A stretch of 28,397 nt of DNA from positions 1 to 28,397 of the forward strand of contig JAAOMT010000651.1 of NCBI GenBank assembly GCA_016748015.1. The letters are read 5' to 3'. The position numbers were made by a program, and so were the translations under genes. Below are positions 1 through 12,169 of the stretch, piece by piece (position 1 is the first letter of the stretch; the number at the start of each line of letters is the position of its first letter). The notes under the pieces are model-generated. The model had not been told where the DNA came from and made no database searches. It saw only the letters and a program-made list of their open reading frames with translations. The DNA comes from Geosiphon pyriformis uo1 (taxonomy: Eukaryota; Fungi; Glomeromycota).

Positions 1-503
1 AAAAAAAAAAATCAAAGTTTTAATATTTAACACATTTTTTTATAGCTTTTTAATATTATTTATTATTAATAAATTATAAATAACTTATTTAAAAAACATT
101 TTCTGATCTTTTTAAAAGCTATTTATTAACTAAAAATAAAAAAACAAGCCAAAACTTTGCTTTTTTAAAATTACATAAATTAATATATTAAGATATTAAA
201 AAATATTTCTAAAAGAGAAAATTTTGATTTTAAATTAAAGTATTAAATACATATTATCTTTTATATTACACAAGTTGGAAAACAAAATATATTTTATTTT
301 AAAAAAACAAAAAAACCAATCTGTTTAAAAAAAAATTATATAAAAAACCATGTAAATTTTATTTAGAAATAAGACATAAAAAAATAAACAAAACTTATAA
401 TATAATATATAAATAAATATTAATAATTTTTTATATATAAATTAAAAATTAATACATTTAAGTACTTAAAAATTTAGTAAAACATTTTTGTTTTTACTAT
501 ATT

Positions 504-515
504 AAATATATTAAA
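504..515 (+). repeat. LINE-A 5' target-site duplication
   Basis: AAATATATTAAA, identical to 7317-7328. Confidence 0.9.
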
Positions 516-670
516 ACAAAAAACTTCTTTCTTTTCTATGTCCCAAATTCCTGAAATAATGCATTTTTGTTTTTTCATCTGTTTTCATCTTTTACTTTTG
601 CTTGGTTTTCACAATTTCTCAACTCATTAATCCTTTTATTGTTCCTTTGGCATCTAATGCTGTCAACATT

Positions 671-2497
671 ATGTCCATAAAAAAATTGGCCAGAAGTGCC
701 ACTACAAGTTCTGTAAGTGGTAGTTTAAGGCAAAAATCAAAGGTTTTGCTTGGTAAAGTTAAACACTTAGGCAATGAAGCTGATTTATCTTTCAAATTAC
801 CTATAAGTGAGCCTGGCCAGTATGAAAACATGGATATCTCTTCTGAAGAAAAGTTGGGACACAAGTTGGGCAAGGACTTAGACTACAGTGCTGGCAGTGA
901 AAATGATGAACTGTTGGACTCTTGTACCAACACCCCAAAGGCTAAATGCTTCAACTTTAATATAGTAAAAGTTCTTATTTTGGGGTCCTGTGACTTTGGC
1001 TCTGCTGTTGATAATGTCGACATAGATTTATCTCCCTCTGTTTCTTTGGAATCCTCTCTTTATTTGGTCACTTCTGTCAAAGAAAGACTTTGCTTTGAAC
1101 CAACCAAATCTTTCGCACTTAACATTGGTTTGTTAGCTGTTCCCAGAAATACTCTGCATAACAAACTCAAGAGTATCAAAAAGCTGTTCTATAAAGTTGA
1201 TGGTTTTGGGAGTGTGTTGACTCCATTAAAATTTTCAGGTATTGTTAGGGCATCTTTCATGTCTAAATTCAGTCTTGTTTTGGCTAAACAGTTGGCTGTG
1301 TCTAAAAATCTTGTTGTCAACACTAATCTAAAGAAGATTGGCATATAATTGGATCAGGAAATTGTTATCAAAAAAATTCCAGTCAATCTGCCCAAATTGG
1401 CAATTGAGTCAGCTTTGGTCAAGTATGAAAAAATTTTTTCAATCAAAATACAGCTGATTGGTCTCTGGCAAAAAGTGCTTGTGGAGTTTGAGAGTTCTTA
1501 GGTCGCTGACTTGGTTGTATCTAAATGGTCAATTTTGCTGGGTAAGGACTTGGCATGGGTTGCCAAAGCCAATGCTAACAAACAAACATGGGATTTAAGG
1601 AACAGCTATCGCACTTTTCTATACACTCTGCCAATAGGCACAATTGCCCACAATCTCTCAAATTTGGTCCAGTTATATGATGAGAAGACTTGCTGTATTT
1701 CTAGGAATTCAGTATCTTATGCATGAGCCCAATGTGCTGTCATATGTTTTGATTCTAAAGAAGCTAGAAAGGCTGCCATTTGCTTTACACTGGTGTTTAA
1801 GGGTATCAATCTCATCTGGGCTGGTTTGTCATCTTTTAAGTGTGCCACATATGGTAACTTTGGTCACGTTTTCTCTAGATTTAGCAGTAGTGAGAAAACC
1901 TTTGGGCTGGGTTTCAAAAAAAAATTTTTTTGTTCTGATTTGAATAAAAAGTGCCTTGTGCTCATCTATGCCAAAAAACAAGCTTTCGTGTCTTGTTCTG
2001 TCTCCTTTAGTGGTGTGACTTGGGCTTCTGTGGTAAGCAGCTCCCCTAAAAATTTGTCTTCTACACTATTCATTAAAACCAATATGGACATAGGATCGGT
2101 CAGCAGTTCAATGCCTGAGGTTGCAATTCTAGCTTTGTGTGTTAGTGTCTTCGAGCATTTGTTTGAGAATGTGTCTAACCAGGTAGCTGACATTTCACAT
2201 AAGCTAAACAGGTTGTTGGCAGTTTTATCAGCAAGTTTTGTTGTTTTGCCCACTCTTGAACATAATTCTGTGCTGGATATGGCTGTTGACGCTTCATTAT
2301 TTGTTCTTCCTATGCCTAGTGTGGTCACCACTGTCACCCAAAACATTTCTCCAAGTGGTTCCTGAGTTTTAACTGTGAAAGTAGGTGGCCTGGAGACTAG
2401 CCTGTTGGTTCTAGAGAATTCAATTAAAACAATAATGAATAAGTTAGACTCTTTTGGTTTTGGCAGTGGTGTGGTAATCTATTCCCTTCCTCAATGA
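671..2497 (+). pseudogene. LINE-A ORF1 (gag-like nucleic-acid-binding protein, RRM-like region and degenerate CCHC knuckle)
   Basis: Track ORFs 602, 1511 and 1793 are all in one frame; ATG at 671; 4 internal stops and no frameshift; EIVIKKIPVNL...IQLIGLWQKVLVEF segment; CATYGNFGH aligns with CKKCRHFGHSALEC of LINE-B. Confidence 0.85.
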
Positions 2498-5400
2498 GTA
2501 GTTTAGCCTGGAAAATTGCTACTTGTAATATTAAAGATATGAATGTTTCTGCTAAGCAGGAAGACATTATTAGATGGCATATGATTTTGAATAATGACAT
2601 TTTAATAGTTACTGAAACTAAGCTTTGCTCCAGTGTTAAGTCTTGGATCATGAATAAGTTTTCTGGTATAAGAGTGTTTACTTCAAGTCTAGATGCTGGG
2701 TTTTTAAATGCAGGTGTTACTTTAATCATGAATGAAAATTTAGCCAAGCATGTTTCAAAAATCTCTGAGATTCCAGATAGGCTCTTAATGGTTCATTTAC
2801 TATTCAAAAACAAACAATCTGTCTTTGTATTGAGTTTGTATACAGAGGCCTCTTGGGATAGGCATATGATTCAGGCTGGTCTTATTAACTCTTTTATAGC
2901 CAAGGCTTGTAATGAAAATACTTTTGTTATATTAGGTGGTGATTTCAATGAGAATGAGAACAAACATAGCTCTAGCTTTAAGAAATATGTGGATCTTGGT
3001 TTAGTCAATACATTAATTAATAGTCCCTACATTAAGGCTTCTACTTGGAGTAATTCCAGAGGCGTTAAAAGAACCATTGATTTTGTTTTTGTTTCACAGA
3101 GTTTGAGTAATGCTTTGATAAATAGGCAAGTTGTGGATGTGGACAAGTTCTTTAATACTGATCACAGTTCTGTTCAAATTACAATTGGTCTTGGTGGAAT
3201 TTTGGATCCTGTTTTGAGAGCTATTTGTGTTCAAGCCAATAGAGACAAGTAGAAGTTTAATGTCAAAAATGCTGATGGGGTTAAATGGGAGCAGTATAAA
3301 AATGCATTTCATAAGAATTTTGCCATGTTCTCCAACAAGTTTGCAGATTTTCATTGTTTGTCTGATTTAGATGGCATGTGGTATGTTATTTGCAAAGCCA
3401 TCTGCTTCTCAGCAAATGAAGTTTTCTCAAAGACCTGGTCTAAAGATTTTAATAGTGGTTATACCAAGTGCTCTTCTTATTTTCATAAATTAGAACTTTT
3501 GGTTTCTAAATTGGTAAAGGCCTCACGTTCTGTGTTATCAGATGAGTTTGTTTCCCTTTTGGACATTTGGGTCTCTTTGGATTCTGTTAATGCTTTTGCT
3601 GTCAAATCTCTCTTCTTTTTGGGATCTCATTTTGATGCTATCAGGTCAGTTTTGGGAAAAATTAGGAAATATTATCATTCACTTAAGATGATGGAATCAA
3701 AACATGTTCAGAATTCTCAGATCAAGCTGGCAATTGACAAAAGAATAGAAAACTTTGGATTGAATAAAAGCCAGACTATTAAGAGTGTATTTGAGAGACC
3801 ATTTTGCAAAGTTACATTGAATCATTTGGTTGTGAATGAGGACCTTATTTTGGAATCTGGTTTGGTTAAATTTCACATCGATAGGATTATGGAGGGATAG
3901 ACCAGAAAGCGTATGGTAGTTGGTAATGTTTTGGATGACTGAAGTCACCAGTTTCAACCCTTGGAGTATGTTTTCGATAATGCTTTTTCAAATATTATGC
4001 ACTCAATTAAGGTGAATGAGTTTTTTGGTATGGTTCTGGATCTGCCTGATAATAAAGCTGTTGACCTTTCTAGTATTTCAAATGAGCTATGAAAACATTG
4101 TGACAGGTCTGTTCTGGATTTGTTTTTGGTTTTTTTGAACTCTTGTTTGGTTTGTGAGGCTGTTCCAGGCTCTTAAAAGAGGTCTGAGTGTCTATGATTC
4201 CTAAATCCTACAACTGGGAGGGAGTTCTTATGAATACCCAACCTATTGTACTGATTGAGAATATTTGTAAAATTCTCTCCAAGATTCTCTCTGACAGAAT
4301 CTTTTTGGTGTGTAGTAAGTATGATGTTCTTCATGGTGACAATTTTTCAGTCCTTAAAAGTATAACAACACAGTCTCTTATTTTTGCTATTGGTTCAGTG
4401 GTTAAGGATGCTTTGGAAAAGAATCACAAACTTTGGTTGGTTTTACAAGACATGAGAAAAGCATATGATTCAGTTGGCTGAAAACATTTGAGAAGAAGTT
4501 TGGTCAGAATTAAAATGTGCAGTGGATTCATAAGATTTTTTGGAAATATTCACAATGGTTGCATGAACAGAGTGATGACTGATTTTAGATTGACTGATGA
4601 TTATAGTGTTTGTGATGGCTTGGATCAAGAGGAAGTGTTTTCATCTCTCTTTTGATGAATTTTTTATGACACTTTGCTGTGCAAGGTTAAGAGACAAGAG
4701 GCAGTGTGTGGCTATAGGCTGAACTCATATTATGTTGCCAAGACTGGTTGTGTAGATTCACAGAATGGCTTTACATCTTTTTTTGCTGCAGATGCTTTTG
4801 TTGATGACACTATATGGGTTGGTTCTAGTCAGGCAGCCACACAATACATTTTCAATATTGCCAATGAATTTTTTAGGTTAAATAATATATCAATCAACAA
4901 TAACAAAACTGTAGCAATCCCAATTAATTATAGAGTGGCAGTGCCTTTTTTATCTATTAGTAATGCTCCTATTTCCATTGCCAAAAAGAGGGTGTCTCAC
5001 TATTATCTGGGTGTTTTTCTCTTTTCTAATGAATTGTCTAAGCCCAGCCTGGCCAAAGCACATTCTGATGTTTGGTTTTTTGCCAATTTAGTACTAAAAA
5101 AAGCGATTTCAGACAAACAGTTTTCTTACTTGGTTTCAGCAGTTCTTCATTCTATCATTGGTTACAGGATTCAGTTTAGCTTTGTTTCTGCTAGTGTGTG
5201 CCAGAAGTGGGATGTTTTGATTCGAAAAAGCCTGAAACTGAAGTTAGGTCTTCTTCTGAATTTTTTTAATGATGTCTTATACCATTTTTTGTTTTATGGC
5301 TTGAAAACTTTTAAGCAAATCCAGGCCAAAAACAAGGTTGCTGCTGTGGTGTGCTTCACTAACTCTGTTGGAATTTTGGGCCAGTTGTTCATGCATAGGT

Positions 5401-7181
5401 CACATGACTTGTAGGTTTTGAGTTGGCATTCAGTACATCTCTTGTGTTCTCCAGTTCGCATTAGTGTTAATCCTTTGAACAACTTCTTGGTGGGTGTGGT
5501 TTGAGTTTTTTTTGACTCTGGTTTATCCTTGGGCAACCTTGTTTATAATGCTTTTTGCTTCCAGAATGGAACTCTTTTATCTGAAATCCTTGGTGAATCA
5601 ATGTATTTCAGGTGTTTTCCCTCCCTTTGTTGTTATAGAATAGCTTTTGCTAAGCAGCTTTGATGCTGAAATAATGCTGTCTTTAATTGGAAAACTTTTA
5701 AGCAGTGGAAGAGGCTTGACCTGCGTGGCCCTGTTCCTGCCTGGTTTGCTGTTGCTGTTCGACATTTTTATGTTGCTGGTTTTTTTAATGTTGGCTCATC
5801 TTTTCTGGTTGCTACCTCTGTAAAAGACATTCTTGATTCTTATGAATTTAGATTAGTATGTAATCAGTTGTCTGGTCTTAGTGCCTCCAATTTTTTTGTG
5901 TACACAGATAATTCTTTTTGTGGCTTGGGAAGCATGAATATAAAAGCTGGTGCTACTGCATTCTTTGAAAACATTAACTTGGGTCTTGGGGTGGAGGTGT
6001 TTGGCATGATTTTTTTTACATTAGCAGAGCTTTAAGCCATTGCATTGGCTCTTAAATGTGTGCTTAGTTCAAGTTCAGTCCATTTATTTTCTAACAGCCA
6101 AGCTGCATTGGATGCATGTAAATCTGAATTATTATTGTTGGCTCCAGATTTTCGAAACAAATGTTGGGTTGAGCATCAGCACATTGCTGAAATTATACAT
6201 AACAGGAATTTGGACATTGGCTGACATAAGGTCAAAGATTACTTAAGTGTTCTGGGTAATAATAGAACTGACTTGCTTGTTAGTATTTCTTCCCATTCGG
6301 GCTGGCTCTTTTATCCCTGGCTCAAGAAATGTTTTATCTTGGCTAATGACAATACTGTTTCTAGAAACTCTAAGCACTTTGTTTATGATATTTTTTGGTC
6401 TATTCATCGTGCAAGCTGGAAGGTTGGCTCTGGTGCCAAAATTGTGAATGGTTATATTTTTTCAGATATTGATTGGTTTAAGTCATCCCTTGTTTGGCAT
6501 CTTGACTTTTACATGACTGCTGGCTTTACAAATTACTGCTCAGCTGGCTCCCATTCTTATTTTATGAAAGCTTTACATTATAGACTACCTGTTGCTATTC
6601 AAAAACGCCTTTATGATAGATGTTATTCCAGTGTGGTGTGCCTATATTGCAGTGATGTCGAGTTGTCAGACTATGTTTTCTCTTATGCATTTGATGTGAC
6701 TGCTTGGTTCCAGTTGTTTGTTGATTTTGCCTCTACTTGAAAAACTGTTTCTGGTCTGTCTCATGCCTCTTCTCATGTATCACAAATGCTATCCAATTGT
6801 TTGGCTGATTTGAAGCTTGTTGTTTTGCTGTGCAAAGGTTTTGTGCTCATGGATTGGTGCCAGAAGACCATTTCTTGCTTTGACGACTCTAAGGTTGCAT
6901 CTGATAAGATAATTGAGTTTGTTTGTAGTTTGTGTCTGTCTTTTAGGAATAATATTTGGCTGGTCCATTCCAAGTATTGTGTCTATATGGAGAAATATGG
7001 TCTAATCCCTTGCAATGGTTCAATTCCTGTCTTGGTGTCTGGTGGCATGTCAGTGTTTTCAGCCTGAGTGGTTAGACTGCTTGGTATTGACAATGTGTTT
7101 GGTGTTAGTTTTGGGCTGCACAGCTTCTGCTGGTTTTTCTCAGGTATAGGTAATTCAGTTTTTGTGCATGTGAGTATATAG
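2494..7181 (+). pseudogene. LINE-A ORF2 polyprotein: APE endonuclease, reverse transcriptase, RNase H, C-terminal Zn finger
   Basis: Endonuclease motifs KIATCN, VTETKL, LGGDFNE, TWSN, TIDFVF, TDH; RT motifs QDMRKAYDSV, GLDQEEVFSSLF (G..QG...SP), AFVDDT (4797-4808); RNase H motifs YTD (5901), LAEL, S(D>N)SQAA, KVKDH; C-terminal CLYC..(H)..(C). Many stops, one apparent frameshift near 4175. Confidence 0.93.
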
Positions 7182-7316
7182 TGTAGTTCTGATTGGCTTA
7201 AGTGGCTAGTTACGTGTAGAAAAAGCATGATTTACACCTAGTTTAGATTATTATTTTGATGTATTATCACTAGACAGTATTTGGACTTCACTCATTAAAA
7301 TATAAAAAAAAAAAAA

Positions 7317-7328
7317 AAATATATTAAA
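7317..7328 (+). repeat. LINE-A 3' target-site duplication
   Basis: AAATATATTAAA following the poly(A). Confidence 0.9.
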
Positions 7329-7517
7329 TAATAATTTTTAATTTAATCAATAGCTACGAATCTGATTTTAATAAAAGATTTTTATTTTTATTATTAATGT
7401 TTTATGAATGCAGCACAATCATTATCTAGTATATAAAGCCAAAACTATGAACTCCAACTAGACACAATTTATGTATTTATTACATGTGACCAGTTATTCA
7501 AATTAATCAAAGTAATA

Positions 7518-10500
7518 CTAAGCCCTTATACAAACAGAAGTTAAACCACCAAAACCAGAAAAAAACAAACAAGATATACAAAAACCAAAACTAAACCCAA
7601 AAAAATTATCAATATCTATTAACTTAACTATACTATCTAATAAAACCAGCACTATGCCAACAGACATCACAGGCATCATTTTTGAATTGCTGATTAAATT
7701 ATTTTTTTCTATATTCACTTTAAATCTAGACTTGGTATCCCACAATTCAGAATAGTATTGTATATTCAAATCATATACAAAATCAACCAAAATTCAGACA
7801 GCCTTTTTATAATCCTCAAAAATTTTTACTGTCTTCTTAAACCACTCTACAAGTACAAAATCTTTGTAGAAAAGTGCATACAAGCCAACATCAAATAAAC
7901 ACAAAAGAAAAGATTCCACAATGACAGAAAAGATAAAAAAACAAAAACCAGCCAGGGACTTTTAAATTAAAATACATTCAAACAAGAATGCCTTATAAAA
8001 AACAGACTTCTTGCTATATGTGAACACATAATTGGAAAACTCAATCTCTCCACAATGTAAACATAAAACACCAGAATAACATTTATTGTAAAACCTTTTT
8101 CTAATAGCAACAAACAGTTTTTTATAGACAGTTTTTATAAAATAAGTACATAAACCAGCTGAAGTCTTACTTATAGACCTTGACAGCATATGTAAATCTG
8201 GATACTAAACTGCTATAGTATGGATCTAATCAACATTACAAACCGAAAAACCACCTAAAACCCTAGAATCAGAACCAATTTCCCAGCATGCATAATTTAT
8301 TGACCTAAAAATATCCCAAACAAAATAACAAACATTACCAAAAACTGGCAGACCATTAGCCACAATAAAACATTTACACACATTAATTGGCAGCAGCAAA
8401 GAAGAGTAAACAGCTACTCCCATTAAAGCATCTGTGCAAACATTACCCAAAACTCCTGAATGGCTTCTGACTTTCGACTAAACCACAGAAATATTTTTAT
8501 TAATAATCAAATTTGCAATATGTTTTCTCTTCATCTAACAACTACTATGAAAATTAGAATCAGATAACTTCAACTTTGAGACACATGTATCTAATGTGGC
8601 TTAACTGTCTAAACACACTATCACCAAACAAGAAAAAGACATGTATTCCAAAGTTAAAGCAACAGCTTGTAATTTGGTCATTATAGAAAACAAAAGCTCA
8701 TTAATTCTAACTTTAATATCCAAATCAATTTTAAGAAAAAATGTAGTAGCACTTCCAGTCACATTAACAAAACCAAGCCCTTTTAAAGAACCAACTATAT
8801 AAACAGTAAAAGTATCTAATCAGATCTTAAGCAGATTACTCTTAATATCAGAAAACTGATTAGATAATAAAACATTATTAAGCACAAAATCATGTAAAAA
8901 CTTTGATACCAAAACAAACCAAGAGGACACAGGTCTTTTAAAGTCCAATTTTTTCCAACATTAAAATGTCTTCTAATATAAAACTCTATTGCATTTGTTC
9001 AAAAGTCTGTTACAGAAGGCTACACCAAATTTTTTAAAAGAATTAACTCAATTATAGTACAAAGATGGCCACAAGACACTCAAAACAAGAAATCTGCAAA
9101 GACAAAAAAAAGCACAAGGCAAATTGTTTATTATAAAAATACTATTTTTCAAAAAAACATGCACAATTCTGGCCAAAAAATTGTTTAAAAGACTAATTTG
9201 TAACTGCATTAAATATTGTAAAAGATTCAAAGAAGCCCAGCCCAAAACCTGCAAATCCAAAAATCTGTGTTCAAAAAGCCAACCAAAAATCTCAAAAACA
9301 TTAGCAAACATAACAATTGAAGTTAATTTTCTTTTAGCTTAAACCTGCTTAAATGTTTTCAGACCATACAATGAAAGATAATATAACACTTCATTTGAAA
9401 AATCATGGGGCAGCCCAGTCTTTGACTTAAAATTTTTCCTAACCAAAGCATCTCAATGCCAAAAAACAGTGGAAGAAATAAAACTAAACTGAGTACAGTA
9501 GCCAATAATGGGCTGCAAAACTGCCAAAACCAAATACAAGAACTGCTTATTTGAAATAGTCTTCTTTAACACCATATTAGAAAAAAACTTGATATCAAAT
9601 TGAGCCTTAGCCAAACTGGGCTTGGATAAATTATCAGTAAACAAAAAAATATCCAAGTATCTGTAAAATACACCACATTTGGCAATCAAAATAAGTGACC
9701 CACTAATCCTGAGAACAGCATTCTTAACTCTTCTATTGATGGAAATGACAACTATTTTGTTGTTATTGATTAAAATATTATTAATCAAGAAGAATTCACT
9801 GACAATGTTTAATATAAATTGTGTAGCAGTTTGGTTATTTCCAACCCAGATAGTATTATCCACAAAAGCCCCAGCCATGAAAAAAAAAGTCATCCTACTC
9901 ATATTATTAATCTTTTCTGTCTTGGCCACAAACTTGGTATCAATTTGGTAACCACACATATTTTCTTGTCTTTTAACTTTAGACAAAAGAGAGTCATAAA
10001 AAATTTGCCAAAGAAGGAAAAAAAACATCTCACCTTAATTAAGATTATTGAGCACCCAATATCCATTCAAAAAACCAAAATCTGTCATGACTTTATTCAA
10101 CTTATTCTTATAAATTCCACCAAAAAACTTAATGAATCTCTTGCAAATTTTGATATGCCACAAACTAACTTTCAAATAATGCCAACCAACTGAATCATAT
10201 GTCTTGTACATATCTTGCAACACCAACTAAATCTCTTTATCTTTTTTTAAAGTATCTTCAACCACTAAACTGACTGCAAAAATAAGAAACTGTATCAAAG
10301 TATTTTTTATAATAAAGAAGTTATTTTCACAAAGAACACCAAATTTATTGCAGATAAAAAAGATCCAATTTGAGAGAATTTTAGAAAAAATCTTATAAGC
10401 AGTCTTAACCAGAACAATAGGACAAGTATTCATTAAAATGTTATCTTATTTATAAGGTTTGGGTATTATTAAAACTCATGCTCTTTTCCATAAAATCAGA

Positions 10501-12169
10501 ACAGCATCCAACTTTAAGCACAAATTCAAAAGATTCAAAAAACTTCTGAAAACATCATCACCACAATTTTTCCACAATACATTAGGAATTCCACTAAGAC
10601 CAGCAGTTTTCCTATTAAACAAGTGTTTGACAACTTAAACCAACTTACTAAAACTGATAATGTTCATAATATTAGAGAAAACATTATTATTCACATGCTG
10701 CAAAGAGACATACTGGTAGGCTCAAAGATCAGACAAAGATCTAGAAACTAAATGCCTTCTGATTTACCTTCTCATTATAGCATTAATCTTAGATTTAATA
10801 TTATTAGAATTCAAAACCAGCTTGTTATCAACAATTAAATAGTTGAGAACCACTTTACAAAATGGTTTATCCAATATACTCTTAATTATACAGCCTTTGT
10901 TTAAGCAAAAATTTTCTATTTTTTTATTAATAACACACCTAATAGCAGCAGATTTAGCAGCTTTAAATTCATGAATCTTAGAACATTAGTAACTTTTTTT
11001 GATCTTAAACAAACAACTAAAAATTTTCATGTTGCTGGTACTATTATTTAACATGTTCTAAATCTCAAGAGTCTTAACATTATCAGCAATTAACCAAGTA
11101 CCAAGAAGTAAATCAGTTTTAAAAAAATCACCAGATTGAAGAGACTTAACTACTTTGGCAACCAGCAGTTCCAGCTTGAAAAACTTAGAAGATTGTCTGT
11201 TGATAAAACATTTGATATTATGAAACCAATGTTTAAAAAAACATTATTAGCTGAATCTACTATCACCTTTTTCAACAAATTTCACATAGTATTAAGATTT
11301 CTACTAGCATTTGCAAATAAAAACTCACCAATTACAGAAAAAAACTTGACAGAAACACATTCTTTAAAATAAGCCCATTTGGAAGCATTCACATTAGCAA
11401 TTTTAAACTTCTAATAATTTCTATTAGCTTGTTTGCACAAACCATTTAAATAAAAATCCAAAAGTCTACTTAGACCAACTGATACTATAACAGCCTTGTG
11501 ATCAGTATCAAAAAAATCAGAAGCAGAAACAACTCCATAACTAATAATTGCTAATGATAGATATTTACTGAAAAAAATGTAATCAATAATCTTCTTGACT
11601 CTTCTCAAATTGCTCTATGTAGAGGTCTTGACCAAATAATAACCTCTAAGTGAATTGACCAAACTCAAATCCAAACAAAAATGAAAGCTTACACTCTTTT
11701 TAGAACCATTTTCATTAAAATTCTCACTCAAAACCACAAAAGTGCTGGTGTTAACTGTTCTTGCAATAAAAAAATTAATCTCAACTGTCTGATCAAACTT
11801 AGTCCCAACAAAAACACCAGCATACAAACCCAAAATTGTGACTGAAAGCTTGCCCTTGAAAAAAAGCCAAACTGAAATAACATGGCCAAGCATCTCTTCA
11901 ATCTTGAAAACATGTTAAACCAAAAAATTGTTTATAATAATTATTACTCTAACACCAAGAAAACTTTTATCCAAACCAGATGTAAACACTTACACACTAT
12001 TAAACTTGTTTATAATCTATGGCTTAATACTAAACTTCAATTTTGTTTCTATGATTATTGAAATTATATTATCAGAGTTCATGTGCCAATGCACAATATC
12101 TTTCTGCTTAGCTAATACATTAATGCCATGAACATTGCATGTAACAATTTTCCAAACCAAACCACTTAT
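7518..12169 (-). pseudogene. LINE-B ORF2 (APE-RT-RNase H-Zn finger)
   Basis: WKIVTCNV, SENFNENG (GDFNE), IDYIF, DTDHKAV, QDMYKTYDSVGW, AGAFVDNT, CLHCGEIEFS motifs spread over many ORF fragments. Confidence 0.92.

Larger units (their letters stand above)
516..7316 (+). mobile_element. LINE-A: full-length non-LTR retrotransposon (L1-like, APE-RT-RNase H), inactivated
   Basis: ORF1 + ORF2 architecture, 3' poly(A) from 7304, exact 12-bp TSD AAATATATTAAA at 504-515 and 7317-7328, insertion at TT/AAA; the empty site is present in the duplicate at 27291-27302. Confidence 0.95.

Noticed and set aside
4188-5414. Prokaryotic RT system (retron, DGR, group II intron)
   Set aside because: The RT is embedded in an APE-RT-RNase H polyprotein with ORF1, poly(A) and TSD, i.e. 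a LINE
2494-7181. Alternative genetic code (stop reassignment) explaining in-frame stops
   Set aside because: The same stop codon replaces different conserved residues (TGA for both Trp and Arg; TAG for Trp and Gln), and catalytic residues also carry missense transitions; this is mutational decay
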